DNA of 32,161 nt from Candidatus Latescibacterota bacterium (GTDB lineage Bacteria > Latescibacterota > UBA2968), in assembly GCA_038279365.1 (NCBI GenBank), contig JAYODI010000011.1:13395-45555 (forward strand). Direction: 5' to 3'. This document shows, piece after piece, positions 1 to 8,983 of this stretch. The notes below the pieces were generated by a model, which was not told where the DNA came from, searched no databases, and saw only the letters and a list, made by a program, of their open reading frames with translations. Both the position numbers and the translations under genes were made by a program. Every line of letters starts with the position of its first letter. Positions within the stretch are counted from its first letter, which is position 1.

Positions 1-873
1 CGATTCACCCGAGTTTTTATTCTCAGATAAATTGTCTTGCCAAATGGGCAACCAAAGTGTAAATGCACTGCCTTTTTGTGGCGTACTTTTCACCTCAATG
101 CGCCCCCCCCACCGGTTGACGGTGCGATAAGCCATAGACAACCCCAACCCACTGCCCACATCTTGCTTGGTTGTAAAAAAAGGTTCAAAAATACGTTTTT
201 GGGTTTCAGCATCCATGCCCACCCCATTGTCTTGCACACAAATAGCCACTTGATCTTTTATTGCCTTTGTCGAAATAGAAATACGCCCCCCTTGGGGCAA
301 AGCATCGGCCGAATTGGTAATCAAGTGTGACAACACATGATGCAACTCAACAGGATTTCCTTTAATAGGTGGCACATCTTCCAGCTGTTCTTGCATATCA
401 ATCTTCACCCCCCGAGTCTCTGCACTTACTTGCCATTGGGGTTGGGTGGCCTTAATGGCTTCTCGCACAATGGTGTGTAATGTGGTCACACGATCCAAAG
501 GTTGTGAACCGGCTTCACGCACCGATCGATTTAACTTTTGCACCAATTCTTTGGCGCGCAAAGCATTGTTAGAAATCTTCTCTGCACACTCAAGAATTTT
601 CTCATCTTTACATTGCAACTCAATAATTTGGGCATATCCCAAAACCCCAACCAAAACATTGTTAAAATTATGTGCCACACCTTGTGCCATCTCTTCTAAG
701 GCACGCAAGCGTTCCTGTTGTATAATCTCTTGATTGGCCAACACCTGCGCTTCACTTTGCGCTTCCAAACTGCGCACGCGTTCTACCAATGTTTGTTCCC
801 GCAACTGCAACATCGCCACTTGTTGCCGCAATGCTGTAATTTCTTCTAACAATGTTTCATTTTCTTCAGCCAT
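1..873 (-). CDS. Histidine kinase (HisKA + HATPase_c), cytoplasmic; 3' end runs off the window
   Basis: Not in the ORF track; translated by hand from ATG at 873 with no stop down to base 1. MAEENETLLEE... then H-box GVAHNFNNVL, N-box LITNSADAL, G1 DNGVGM, F-box IFEPFFTTK, G2 GSGLGLS. Confidence 0.92.
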   Translation of the reverse strand, partial: MAEENETLLEEITALRQQVAMLQLREQTLVERVRSLEAQSEAQVLANQEIIQQERLRALEEMAQGVAHNFNNVLVGVLGYAQIIELQCKDEKILECAEKISNNALRAKELVQKLNRSVREAGSQPLDRVTTLHTIVREAIKATQPQWQVSAETRGVKIDMQEQLEDVPPIKGNPVELHHVLSHLITNSADALPQGGRISISTKAIKDQVAICVQDNGVGMDAETQKRIFEPFFTTKQDVGSGLGLSMAYRTVNRWGGRIEVKSTPQKGSAFTLWLPIWQDNLSENKNSGES

Positions 874-917
874 TGATACCTTCTTGCTAAGATGAGCAAT
901 AAAAGCAACCGTACATT

Positions 918-1619
918 TTATACAGGTGCAATCTTAGCGATCCATCCCGACGTAGCATCGCAATACAAAAACTGGTCTCCCCAAACAGACAACCCATGAG
1001 GCTCTGGATGCGGTTTGGGTACCGCAATACGATCCACCTCTTTTCCCGACGACACCTCTAACTTCACAATAACCCGATCTGCTGTATGCACCACCCACAA
1101 ACCATCTGACACACGCACCACACCATGTGCACGCGGGTAAGGCAAATCAAACACTTTGACAACAGACCAATCAGCAATGCGCACTTGTGTTATCGTTTTG
1201 CTTTTCAGGGTGGTCAACCACAATGTACCCGGTTCAAAGTGATCAAATTCAATGCCATGCGTCCCACCACCACCAGGCAAATCCCACCGCGCTTGCGTGG
1301 CACCCGATTCGGGGTCAATGCGCAAAATCTCTCCTGATTTGGCATCCGTGTCACGTGCCGTACGCCATTTTGTGCCCACCCCGTTGGCAGCCAACCATAA
1401 CGAACCATCCCCCCAAGCCAAACCACTGGTATTAGATGATTCACTGGGAATTTCTTTGCGTACAGGAGTTACACCATAGTCATCGACTTCGTTGAGCATC
1501 TCGATCAATGCCACACGATCACTTATCTGATCCACAACCCACAATCCAGCATCCGTCACTTGTAAACCATTCGGAACAGAGTATGGTGCTCGAAACAATT
1601 TCTTAATTTCAACATCCAT
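918..1619 (-). CDS. Small beta-propeller protein (glutaminyl cyclase/Vgb-like repeats), function unknown
   Basis: Five blade-like repeats PNGL..LWV, TSGL..LWL, THGI..LWL, AHGV..LWV, PHGL..FLY. AGGAG spacing favours ATG 1619 (alternative start 1625). Confidence 0.6.
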   Translation of the reverse strand: MDVEIKKLFRAPYSVPNGLQVTDAGLWVVDQISDRVALIEMLNEVDDYGVTPVRKEIPSESSNTSGLAWGDGSLWLAANGVGTKWRTARDTDAKSGEILRIDPESGATQARWDLPGGGGTHGIEFDHFEPGTLWLTTLKSKTITQVRIADWSVVKVFDLPYPRAHGVVRVSDGLWVVHTADRVIVKLEVSSGKEVDRIAVPKPHPEPHGLSVWGDQFLYCDATSGWIAKIAPV

Positions 1620-1722
1620 AACCATCTCCTATGAACACGATGGATTGCAACCCCTATATTATCTTACCGTGTACGCATTATGCCTTTAAAGTGCTTTGTG
1701 TCCCGTCCTATCTTTTGTCTTT

Positions 1723-2556
1723 TCATTCTGGCAACGGCATATCTGGTTTATTATAATAATATCCATGAAAAACCTGCCAAAACGAATTTCCTTCATATCG
1801 CACCGTAAATGCATCAATCCGTGTAACACCTGGGCGAAGTTTTGCAGGCCAAGGTTCTTCACGAATCACATCCATCACAATTGGCCCAGTTGCCTTAAGC
1901 GGTACAATATCATCTGCAATTTTAACCGCATCTTGAATACGCGTCCAAATCATCTTTCGCGCATCTACTGGTGCCATATGGATGGCACACAACTCGCCCA
2001 AGCCCTCTTTGACAGGCGCCGTAACAATATCTTTTACCCATCTTTCAGATTCTGTGCATGCATGCAAATCACCCGATGTAAAAACCCACGGAATACCCAA
2101 ATCACCACACAAATACGCCGCCATCTCCATTTCACCCACATCTTGGCCATTTACCCGATAAATCGTATTTCGGCTCATAGAATGTGCCAAACATCCATTT
2201 GGCGTACCCGTCATCGAATGCATGCCCACTTGCACCAAAGCATCCATACGCTGAGACAAACCCGGCAACCAACACGGTCGATTTACACCCTGCACCAAAC
2301 GCACACCCGAAATCAACTCTTCTGGCAAAATCGTACGGCCAGCGCCATGGGCATCATTAATAACAATTTCCTGAACACCCGCATCAAACAAACCCTGAGC
2401 CGCCGCATTGATTTCTGCGGTCAACAACCGTTGCATTTCAGATCGCTCAAATACACCCTTAGCCGTTTCGGCATAGTCTTTGTGTCGCGGGTCCCAGTCA
2501 TCAACACCCGCAACACCTTCCAAATCCGTCATCATGTAAACAGATTGAACAGGCAC
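1723..2556 (-). CDS. M55 family D-aminopeptidase (DppA-like)
   Basis: Motifs TDLEG, NDAHG, GMHS, LAHS, GE, SGD..AC.E and VKEG. GTG start preceded by AAGGAGG. Confidence 0.88.
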   Translation of the reverse strand: MPVQSVYMMTDLEGVAGVDDWDPRHKDYAETAKGVFERSEMQRLLTAEINAAAQGLFDAGVQEIVINDAHGAGRTILPEELISGVRLVQGVNRPCWLPGLSQRMDALVQVGMHSMTGTPNGCLAHSMSRNTIYRVNGQDVGEMEMAAYLCGDLGIPWVFTSGDLHACTESERWVKDIVTAPVKEGLGELCAIHMAPVDARKMIWTRIQDAVKIADDIVPLKATGPIVMDVIREEPWPAKLRPGVTRIDAFTVRYEGNSFWQVFHGYYYNKPDMPLPE

Positions 2557-2671
2557 AGGCTCCTCCTTTAGATCAGCAACGGCAACAACCGTGCATTTTT
2601 GAAGGGTGGATCATGACAATGCAACTTGGCGTGGGCTTTAGGCACTCAAACAGCCATTGCCATAAACCCCT

Positions 2672-3793
2672 TTACAAATCAAGCACACACAATTGCGAAT
2701 ATCCCGATGCGTCACTATCATATAAAATTTGTGACCCATCTTGCCGCCACACAGGGTGCATGTGTGTGCCATCGTGAGTATGATCAACTACCGTTGTTTC
2801 AATTAGCGTTTGGGTGGTATGGGCCTCAACATTCACCAATTCCAATCGTGCCTCTTTTGTCTTATTGTTCACCACATCCACCACAATATATTTGCCATTG
2901 GGCGAAAAAGACGGATGACCAAACCCATCCATACAAGGCGTTGCCAAACGCGCAACACCTGTATCCACATCGGTTAATACCAACTTATTGCTCTTTGACC
3001 CATCAAATGGGCTATTGGTCAAAATTTCGCGCCCATTGGGATGCCACAGCGGATGATTACCAAATTCCCCTATGCGCTTCAATTTTGATCCATCGGCATG
3101 AACCACATAAATATCTTTCACTCGTGGCAACTCGCCATAAAGCTTGTCAAAATGGATTTCATTCGTAAAGACAAACATCATCCGTGACCCATCGGGTGAC
3201 CATTTGGTATGTTTGACAAACAAATGCCAATTGGCAATCTCATCGCGCCGTGGATGAAGCGCCAAACAATCTGATAAGGTCGCCAATTGTCGCGATTTTC
3301 CCGTATTCAAATCTTGTGCAAACACACCGTGTTTGTCTTTTAGTTTCACCACATCGTCATGGGTATAATCATTGTGATGGGTATGATACGCATTTTCATG
3401 CCCAATTGGCCGAATCATGCGCAAATCACCCGTGTGTACTCCCGTTTCACCCGAGTCTGGGTTCACCCACCCAATCAACCGTTGATGGTCCTCGCGATCT
3501 TTAAAATAGATGCGCGACCCATCGGCGGCCCATTGGGCCATTGCACCATCATTTGGAGACATCACCCGTGAAGATGCCACAACTTTTAAATTGTTGCCAT
3601 CGGCATCCATCACACAAATATCACCCGTTTTCGACTTGGGCGTATCCATTCGGCTAAAAGCAATACGGCCATCCACAGGCGACCAAGGTGGCAAATCGTA
3701 ATACCCATGCACAGATCGCCGTTTGTTATTGGTCAATTGCGAAACTGCTCGCCCCGTTTTGGCATCATAGCTGGTAACCGCTTCGCATTCCAT
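2672..3793 (-). CDS. TolB-like/PD40 beta-propeller (oligogalacturonate lyase-like)
   Basis: Repeated WSPVDG, KWSPDGS, PLWHPNG, PSFSPNG and PVWRQDG motifs. No obvious signal peptide. Confidence 0.7.
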   Translation of the reverse strand: MECEAVTSYDAKTGRAVSQLTNNKRRSVHGYYDLPPWSPVDGRIAFSRMDTPKSKTGDICVMDADGNNLKVVASSRVMSPNDGAMAQWAADGSRIYFKDREDHQRLIGWVNPDSGETGVHTGDLRMIRPIGHENAYHTHHNDYTHDDVVKLKDKHGVFAQDLNTGKSRQLATLSDCLALHPRRDEIANWHLFVKHTKWSPDGSRMMFVFTNEIHFDKLYGELPRVKDIYVVHADGSKLKRIGEFGNHPLWHPNGREILTNSPFDGSKSNKLVLTDVDTGVARLATPCMDGFGHPSFSPNGKYIVVDVVNNKTKEARLELVNVEAHTTQTLIETTVVDHTHDGTHMHPVWRQDGSQILYDSDASGYSQLCVLDL

Positions 3794-3890
3794 AAAACAC
3801 ACCCTTAAATTTTGCTGTTCAAATATTCATAAAAATAGTATTCATACACACCACATCAACTTTTAACCACAGATACCCAAGGAGCATCAC

Positions 3891-4277
3891 ATGTCAAAAA
3901 AAACTGTTATCACCACCGACAAAGCCGCTTTACCTGTTGGTCCATATTCCCAAGGCATTCGCGCAGGCAACTTCATTTTTGTTGCAGGTGAAAAAGGCAT
4001 TGACCCCAAAACAGGCAAAATTGTTACAGGCGGCATTGCTGCCGAAACCCGCCAAACCCTTGAAAACATCAAAGCCATTCTCGAAGCCGCTGGCGCCACC
4101 ATGAACGATGCCGTACGTGCTGTTGTTTATATGACCGACCTATCGGCATTTCAAGAAATGAATGGCATCTATGCCGAATATTTTACGGTTGATCCACCAG
4201 GTCGCACCACCGTCGAAGTGTCGGCTTTGCCTGCAGGTGCACACATTGAAATTGAAGTAACAGCTCTATTACCGTAA
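3891..4277 (+). CDS. ridA: RidA/YjgF reactive intermediate deaminase
   Basis: GPYSQG, TLENIKAILEAAG, P.RTTVEVSALP.GA.IEIE. AAGGAG RBS. Confidence 0.92.
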   Translation: MSKKTVITTDKAALPVGPYSQGIRAGNFIFVAGEKGIDPKTGKIVTGGIAAETRQTLENIKAILEAAGATMNDAVRAVVYMTDLSAFQEMNGIYAEYFTVDPPGRTTVEVSALPAGAHIEIEVTALLP

Positions 4278-4288
4278 AACCAAACGCT

Positions 4289-4942
4289 TTATTGTTTCTG
4301 AAAAAGAAACACATTGCGATGAGGCGATTGCATGTACCAACCATAATGCTCAGCAATCCACGCCATTGTGTGCATATGATAAAAACACACATGCGTAGGA
4401 TCGCGTGCATAGCTCCAATCGGCTAGGGTGTGTGCATCTGTCCACACCTCCGTCATCACCGCAAGCCATCCACCTGCACGAAGCAAATGATTTAAACGAT
4501 CTAATTCTTCGTCGGGATAAAAAAAATGTTCAATGGTTTCAGTACAGGTAATAAAATCATAAGACCGTCGCAAAACTGTTTTGTCGGGTGCAAAGTGCGG
4601 GTCGTAGTTTGCTGTGGGAAATCCTTTTTCCTCCAGCATCAACGACAGTGTTGGGCCTGGGCCAGAACCATAATCCAATCCCATTGCACCCAACCAAAGA
4701 ACATCGGAAAGTGGCTCGGCAACCCGACTCAAAAAATCGCGATAACCTGCATGGGATGGGTCATTCTCATGAGCTTCATAACGCGCAATTTCATCTTCAA
4801 ATGCGAGCCGTTGTTCTGGCTCTAAAAATATCAAACGACACGTATCACATATAAAATAATCTCTTTGATGTGCCTGTTCAAAGAGATCTACGTGTACCGA
4901 TTTGCACAATGGACACGGTGATATATTTTGAGATCGTAGCAT
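4289..4942 (-). CDS. Class I SAM-dependent methyltransferase with N-terminal Cys4 motif
   Basis: CPLC...CDTC, LDYGSGPG, ETIEHF, Y.RDPTHV.FY. Start ATG 4942 avoids overlap with glpE. Confidence 0.85.
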   Translation of the reverse strand: MLRSQNISPCPLCKSVHVDLFEQAHQRDYFICDTCRLIFLEPEQRLAFEDEIARYEAHENDPSHAGYRDFLSRVAEPLSDVLWLGAMGLDYGSGPGPTLSLMLEEKGFPTANYDPHFAPDKTVLRRSYDFITCTETIEHFFYPDEELDRLNHLLRAGGWLAVMTEVWTDAHTLADWSYARDPTHVCFYHMHTMAWIAEHYGWYMQSPHRNVFLFQKQ

Positions 4943-4953
4943 AAATTTCTTTT

Positions 4954-5265
4954 TTATAAAAGCGATTGAGAAGCCTGCGACCACGCCTCAAACCCACCAT
5001 CCAAACTATAGGTTGCTTCAAAACCTTTTTTGTTAAAATAATCTGCTGCCCCCTGGCTCATGTTGCCGTGATAACAGCAGACAATTAAAGGACGCGTTTT
5101 GTCAGCTTGTTCTAAAAACTCGTCCACATTTTGATCACTGACCAACTTAGATTCGGGAATATGCCCCGCCTGATAAGACATCGGGTCTCGTATGTCTATC
5201 ACTTGTGCATGGTGCGCCCGAAGCAATTCTTGTGCTTCTTCAACAGAAATCCGTTTATAACTCAT
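4954..5265 (-). CDS. glpE: Thiosulfate sulfurtransferase (single-domain rhodanese)
   Basis: IDIRD..SY..GHIP, active-site CYHGNMSQGAA, YSLDGGFEAW. Confidence 0.9.
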   Translation of the reverse strand: MSYKRISVEEAQELLRAHHAQVIDIRDPMSYQAGHIPESKLVSDQNVDEFLEQADKTRPLIVCCYHGNMSQGAADYFNKKGFEATYSLDGGFEAWSQASQSLL

Positions 5266-5755
5266 GTCCAGCCTTCTTCAAATGTGCTTCAATCTTCGAA
5301 ACAATTTCTTCGGGTTCATCCACAATACTCAGTGTCAAAGCATCTGTGGGCTCTTCTAGCGCATCAAACTGAGACTGCAACATACGAGCCCCCATATAAT
5401 GCCCTTCTCTGCTGTTCATACGCTCATAAATCGTATCATAATCACCTTGCAAATACACCACACAACAATCGCCCACATCTTGCGCCAACAAGTCGCGATA
5501 CGCTTGCTTAAGAGCAGAACATGCCAGCACCGCATAATTTCCCGTTTGATTACATTCCTTCAGTTTTTCATTCAAACGCAACAACCACGGCTTGCGATCG
5601 TCATCATTTAAAGGCTGGCCGCTGGCCATTTTGTCAACATTCGATTTTGGATGAAAATCATCGGCATCAAAAAATGCGTAGCCCAATTTCTCTGCAAGCA
5701 ACATACCCACCGTACTCTTGCCTGAACCGCATACACCCATAACAATAATAACCAT
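5255..5755 (-). CDS. gntK: Gluconokinase (GntK/IdnK type)
   Basis: MGVCGSGKST P-loop, DADDFHP..NV.KM..G.PLND.DR.PWL, CSALK..YR, LQSQF..LEEP. Confidence 0.93.
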   Translation of the reverse strand: MVIIVMGVCGSGKSTVGMLLAEKLGYAFFDADDFHPKSNVDKMASGQPLNDDDRKPWLLRLNEKLKECNQTGNYAVLACSALKQAYRDLLAQDVGDCCVVYLQGDYDTIYERMNSREGHYMGARMLQSQFDALEEPTDALTLSIVDEPEEIVSKIEAHLKKAGHEL

Positions 5756-5800
5756 ATATATTCCTATTACCTGATTGTTTTCGAAATCTCACAAAAGGAT

Positions 5801-6295
5801 TTAAGAAATAATCTTCTTCATTTCATATTCAAATAAACTTGAATCATTCGGATAAGGTACCATGTGCCCAGTTTTTTCAAATCCTATCCGCTCATAAAAT
5901 TTGATCGCCACATCATTGTTACTGGTTACCAGCAAAAACAAAACAAAAACACCATGTGATTTGGCCCAATCACCCACCGATTGAATAAGACGTTGCCCCA
6001 CACCCTTCCGCCGATGCGTTGGTGCAACCCACATTGAAACCAACGTAACACGTGCGCCATCTTCCCGATTCAAAAAACCGCCCACAAGGCCACAAGCCAA
6101 GTCATTGTCCATTGCAATATAGGTGATATTTACACCCGATTGTGGCGTTGCCCGTTCAATTCATTTCTCATCCGTAAACAACGACTCACGTGCATAAGTT
6201 GAACCAAACGCGCTGGGCGTATCTTGCAATGCACGCAAACGAACATCTTTTAAAACAAGGGCTTTTTGTGGTGTTACGACTTCTATTGTAATCAT
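5801..6295 (-). pseudogene. GNAT acetyltransferase interrupted by an in-frame TGA at codon 45 (6161-6163)
   Basis: From ATG 6295: MITIEVV...VRLRALQDTPSAFGSTYARESLFTDEK*IERA..., continuing in frame into ORF 5801..6112 (SMWVAP.HRRKGVG, N..AIKFYERIGF). Confidence 0.85.
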
Positions 6296-6309
6296 AATCA
6301 AAATGTATC

Positions 6310-6343
6310 AAAGCGGACGGTCATGGATATACCGTCCGCTTTT
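6310..6343. terminator. Hairpin / intrinsic terminator after the sulfatase-like gene
   Basis: AAAGCGGACGGT-catggatat-ACCGTCCGCTTT, a perfect 12-bp stem. Confidence 0.7.
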
Positions 6344-6354
6344 TCGATCCTATA

Positions 6355-7806
6355 TTACTTTTTTGCGCGACGTGTCTTCTTCGCTTTTTTGGTTTGCTTC
6401 ACAACCGCACCTTTTACTGCCTTATTACCCGATTGTAATTTTGCAGCTTGGCTGGCCGAACCAATGTACATGTTGTTATACGCATCTTCCGATGACCGAA
6501 ATGGCCCATCGTAGTCTTTGCCATGCCAATTCAAATTGGTATCCATCGGATTGGGATTGCCCGTTTCTTTTTTGCGTTTTTCAATCCAAGCATTCATGCG
6601 CCCACGCAACAGTTCAACCATCTCGGGTTCTTTGGTGGCCAGGTTCTTTGTTTCTCCTGGGTCTTGGATTAAATTGTAAAGTTCAACCTCAGGTTTAAAA
6701 TGAAAATCAGGTTCCAATGCCACAATCAATTTCCATTCGGGTGTGCGCCAACCGTGTTTGCGCATCCACGTACACTCGGTAATATAAAATTCCGACTCGT
6801 GTGTCAACCGCTTGCCCTGCACCATTGGAATCAAACTTTGACCATCAAATTTGGTCTTGGTTTTAATGCCCAACACATCCAAAATGGTAGGCACCAAATC
6901 TTTGTGTTGGTTGTATCCCGACACACGCTTACCTGCGGGCAATTTGCCTGGCAAACGCATCATCAAAGGCACTTTCAATGTGCATTCATAAATCCCATGA
7001 TGGTCAAAATAACAATCGTGTTCATCCAATGTTTCACCGTGGTCGCCATTTAAAACCACCAACGTATCATCGCGCAAACCCAATTCATCCACACGTGTCA
7101 AAATGCGTTGAATACACGCATCCATATAAGCCACTTCACCATCATATTGCGCAATCACATGATCGGCATCGGTGATACCAGGGGGCATCCAGCTCAAGTG
7201 AAAATCGCGAAAAGGCTTAAACGCTTTAACAGGCTCCATGGATGTCTTTGATGGATCACATGGATCTTTGCTGTAAAACATCGTGTCATAAGGTGCGGGT
7301 GGCAAATAAGGTGCATGGGGGTCCATATGCCGCAAAAACAAACAAAATGGTTTGTCACCTGAAGCCAAACGCTCCAGTTCCGGCAAGGTCACGTCATTCA
7401 ACAACTCGGCCTTGCGCAAAGGCCGCTCTTCCCAACTGCCCCAAGCAGGATAGTTCAAATATTTGTCAAACCCACGGGAACTGGGGTTGCCCGTAAAACC
7501 CACGCAAATTGTTTCATAACCTTCTTTTTTGAGCATCTCTGGCAAAGTCATCACCTTATTGGTCAAACCACCCTTATGACGCAAAGCCACCACTTCTGTC
7601 GAAAAACAATCCATCCCCGTAAGCATAGACGCATAAGCCGGCGTGGTTGGAATATGTGGGCTAAAAGTATTTTCAAACAACACCCCTTCAGACGCCAACT
7701 TATCAATATTGGGCGTGGTCAACCGATTATATCCGTAGCAACTCATATGATCTGACCACAAACTGTCCACACCAAATAAAATCAAATTTTTCTTACGCTT
7801 GGCCAT
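6355..7806 (-). CDS. Sulfatase-like hydrolase (alkaline phosphatase superfamily) with a non-canonical TTPAY motif
   Basis: VDSL..DH, YGY.R.TTPNID.LA.EGV.F, DPHAPY, YDGEV.YMD, GDHGE, DHHG, ELYNL..DPGE..NLA. Confidence 0.9.
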   Translation of the reverse strand: MAKRKKNLILFGVDSLWSDHMSCYGYNRLTTPNIDKLASEGVLFENTFSPHIPTTPAYASMLTGMDCFSTEVVALRHKGGLTNKVMTLPEMLKKEGYETICVGFTGNPSSRGFDKYLNYPAWGSWEERPLRKAELLNDVTLPELERLASGDKPFCLFLRHMDPHAPYLPPAPYDTMFYSKDPCDPSKTSMEPVKAFKPFRDFHLSWMPPGITDADHVIAQYDGEVAYMDACIQRILTRVDELGLRDDTLVVLNGDHGETLDEHDCYFDHHGIYECTLKVPLMMRLPGKLPAGKRVSGYNQHKDLVPTILDVLGIKTKTKFDGQSLIPMVQGKRLTHESEFYITECTWMRKHGWRTPEWKLIVALEPDFHFKPEVELYNLIQDPGETKNLATKEPEMVELLRGRMNAWIEKRKKETGNPNPMDTNLNWHGKDYDGPFRSSEDAYNNMYIGSASQAAKLQSGNKAVKGAVVKQTKKAKKTRRAKK

Positions 7807-7891
7807 ACATCCTCCAAATATCCTACTTGTTCATTATTTACCACATTCAGTGCTTCTATGCGTGCACCTTTATTGTGGCACCATTTATAAA

Positions 7892-8710
7892 TTAAAATCC
7901 GCCCGTAATGGCACGGAATCCTTCGCCATATTGTTTTAACGTTCCGTCAGCATCATGATCACTACCCGGCTTGTGGATCACTTCAACCGAAAAATAACCA
8001 TCAAAACCCGCAGCCTGCAACAACCGCAAAGGGGTGGCATGATCGATCACACCCTCGCCCAATCCCACGGTCTCTATCCGACCATTGACCTCATCATAAC
8101 GCCCGTCGTGTGCATGCAAATGTTTGGCCAAATGACCAATGGTCTGCATGGTTTCCTCGGTCTTTTCCATAAAACGCTGCGTGTGCATCATATCCCAAAG
8201 GACTCCCAAATTGGGGTGATTGACTTTTTCGACAACTGCCCGAACTTGGGCCGATACACACCACTCATCATGAGTTTCTAAAAGTACAGTGACACCCCGC
8301 TTTGCCGCATGATCCATCACACGCTTATAAGCTTCTGCTGTGCGATGCACCATCCAATATACTTCCCCCTTACCCCGCGCCCCCCCAAATGTGCGAATCA
8401 CACCTGCACCCAAATCAGCCGCCAAATCAATGGCGGATAGGGCTTCATCAATATATTTGTTGAGCTCTGTGGCATCTTCGGTTGCAAACCGAGCACCTGT
8501 AGCAATACAACAAATCTTTAAACCTGCATCTTCAAACTTTGCACGAATCGCATCACGCGCCTGAGGGGCTGTATCCAATTCAATGCCTGCAGCATGCCCC
8601 CACCCCACACGCGGCTCCAATCCTTCAAAACCATGTCGTTTCATACCATCCACAATCTCATCCACACCCCAATCGGGGCACACACTTGTCATTGTTGCCA
8701 AACGGATCAT
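7892..8710 (-). CDS. Sugar phosphate isomerase/epimerase (xylose isomerase-like TIM barrel)
   Basis: GFEGLE, IDLAADLGA..IRTFGG, LETHD, WD..H, HLHAHD, LGEG.ID, GFDGYFSVE. AAGGAG RBS. Confidence 0.85.
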   Translation of the reverse strand: MIRLATMTSVCPDWGVDEIVDGMKRHGFEGLEPRVGWGHAAGIELDTAPQARDAIRAKFEDAGLKICCIATGARFATEDATELNKYIDEALSAIDLAADLGAGVIRTFGGARGKGEVYWMVHRTAEAYKRVMDHAAKRGVTVLLETHDEWCVSAQVRAVVEKVNHPNLGVLWDMMHTQRFMEKTEETMQTIGHLAKHLHAHDGRYDEVNGRIETVGLGEGVIDHATPLRLLQAAGFDGYFSVEVIHKPGSDHDADGTLKQYGEGFRAITGGF

Positions 8711-8828
8711 CACCCTCTCCTTTCAAATGCGAAAATTGCGCGTAAAATACTGCCCGTAACCTAATGTGATCTGCCCTTCACCGCAAGCAGAAAACAAGCC
8801 TAAACACATGACAGTTCTACCTTTTGGT

Positions 8829-8857
8829 TTGACTGTCACGCTATCCTGAAGTATTTT
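8829..8857 (+). promoter_or_regulatory. Putative sigma70 promoter upstream of manA
   Basis: TTGACT-N17-TATTTT in the divergent intergenic region. Confidence 0.35.
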
Positions 8858-8983
8858 CCTACCGCTTTGCCAACAAACATCCATTAGAGCAACAACTGTC
8901 ACATCAATCAAAAAGCGATTTTATCAGACCGTCTGCCCACTTTGGCCACACATTCACCTCTGCCTTCATTTTGGAAATTTTTT

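Noticed and set aside
1696-2571. Long antisense ORFs (1696..2571 +, 14592..15431 +, 27275..27898 -, 21039..21626 - and others)
   Set aside because: They lie opposite well-supported genes and carry no recognisable motifs.
6161-6163. Selenocysteine at the GNAT TGA
   Set aside because: The position corresponds to Trp rather than Cys, and I see no convincing SECIS-like hairpin downstream.
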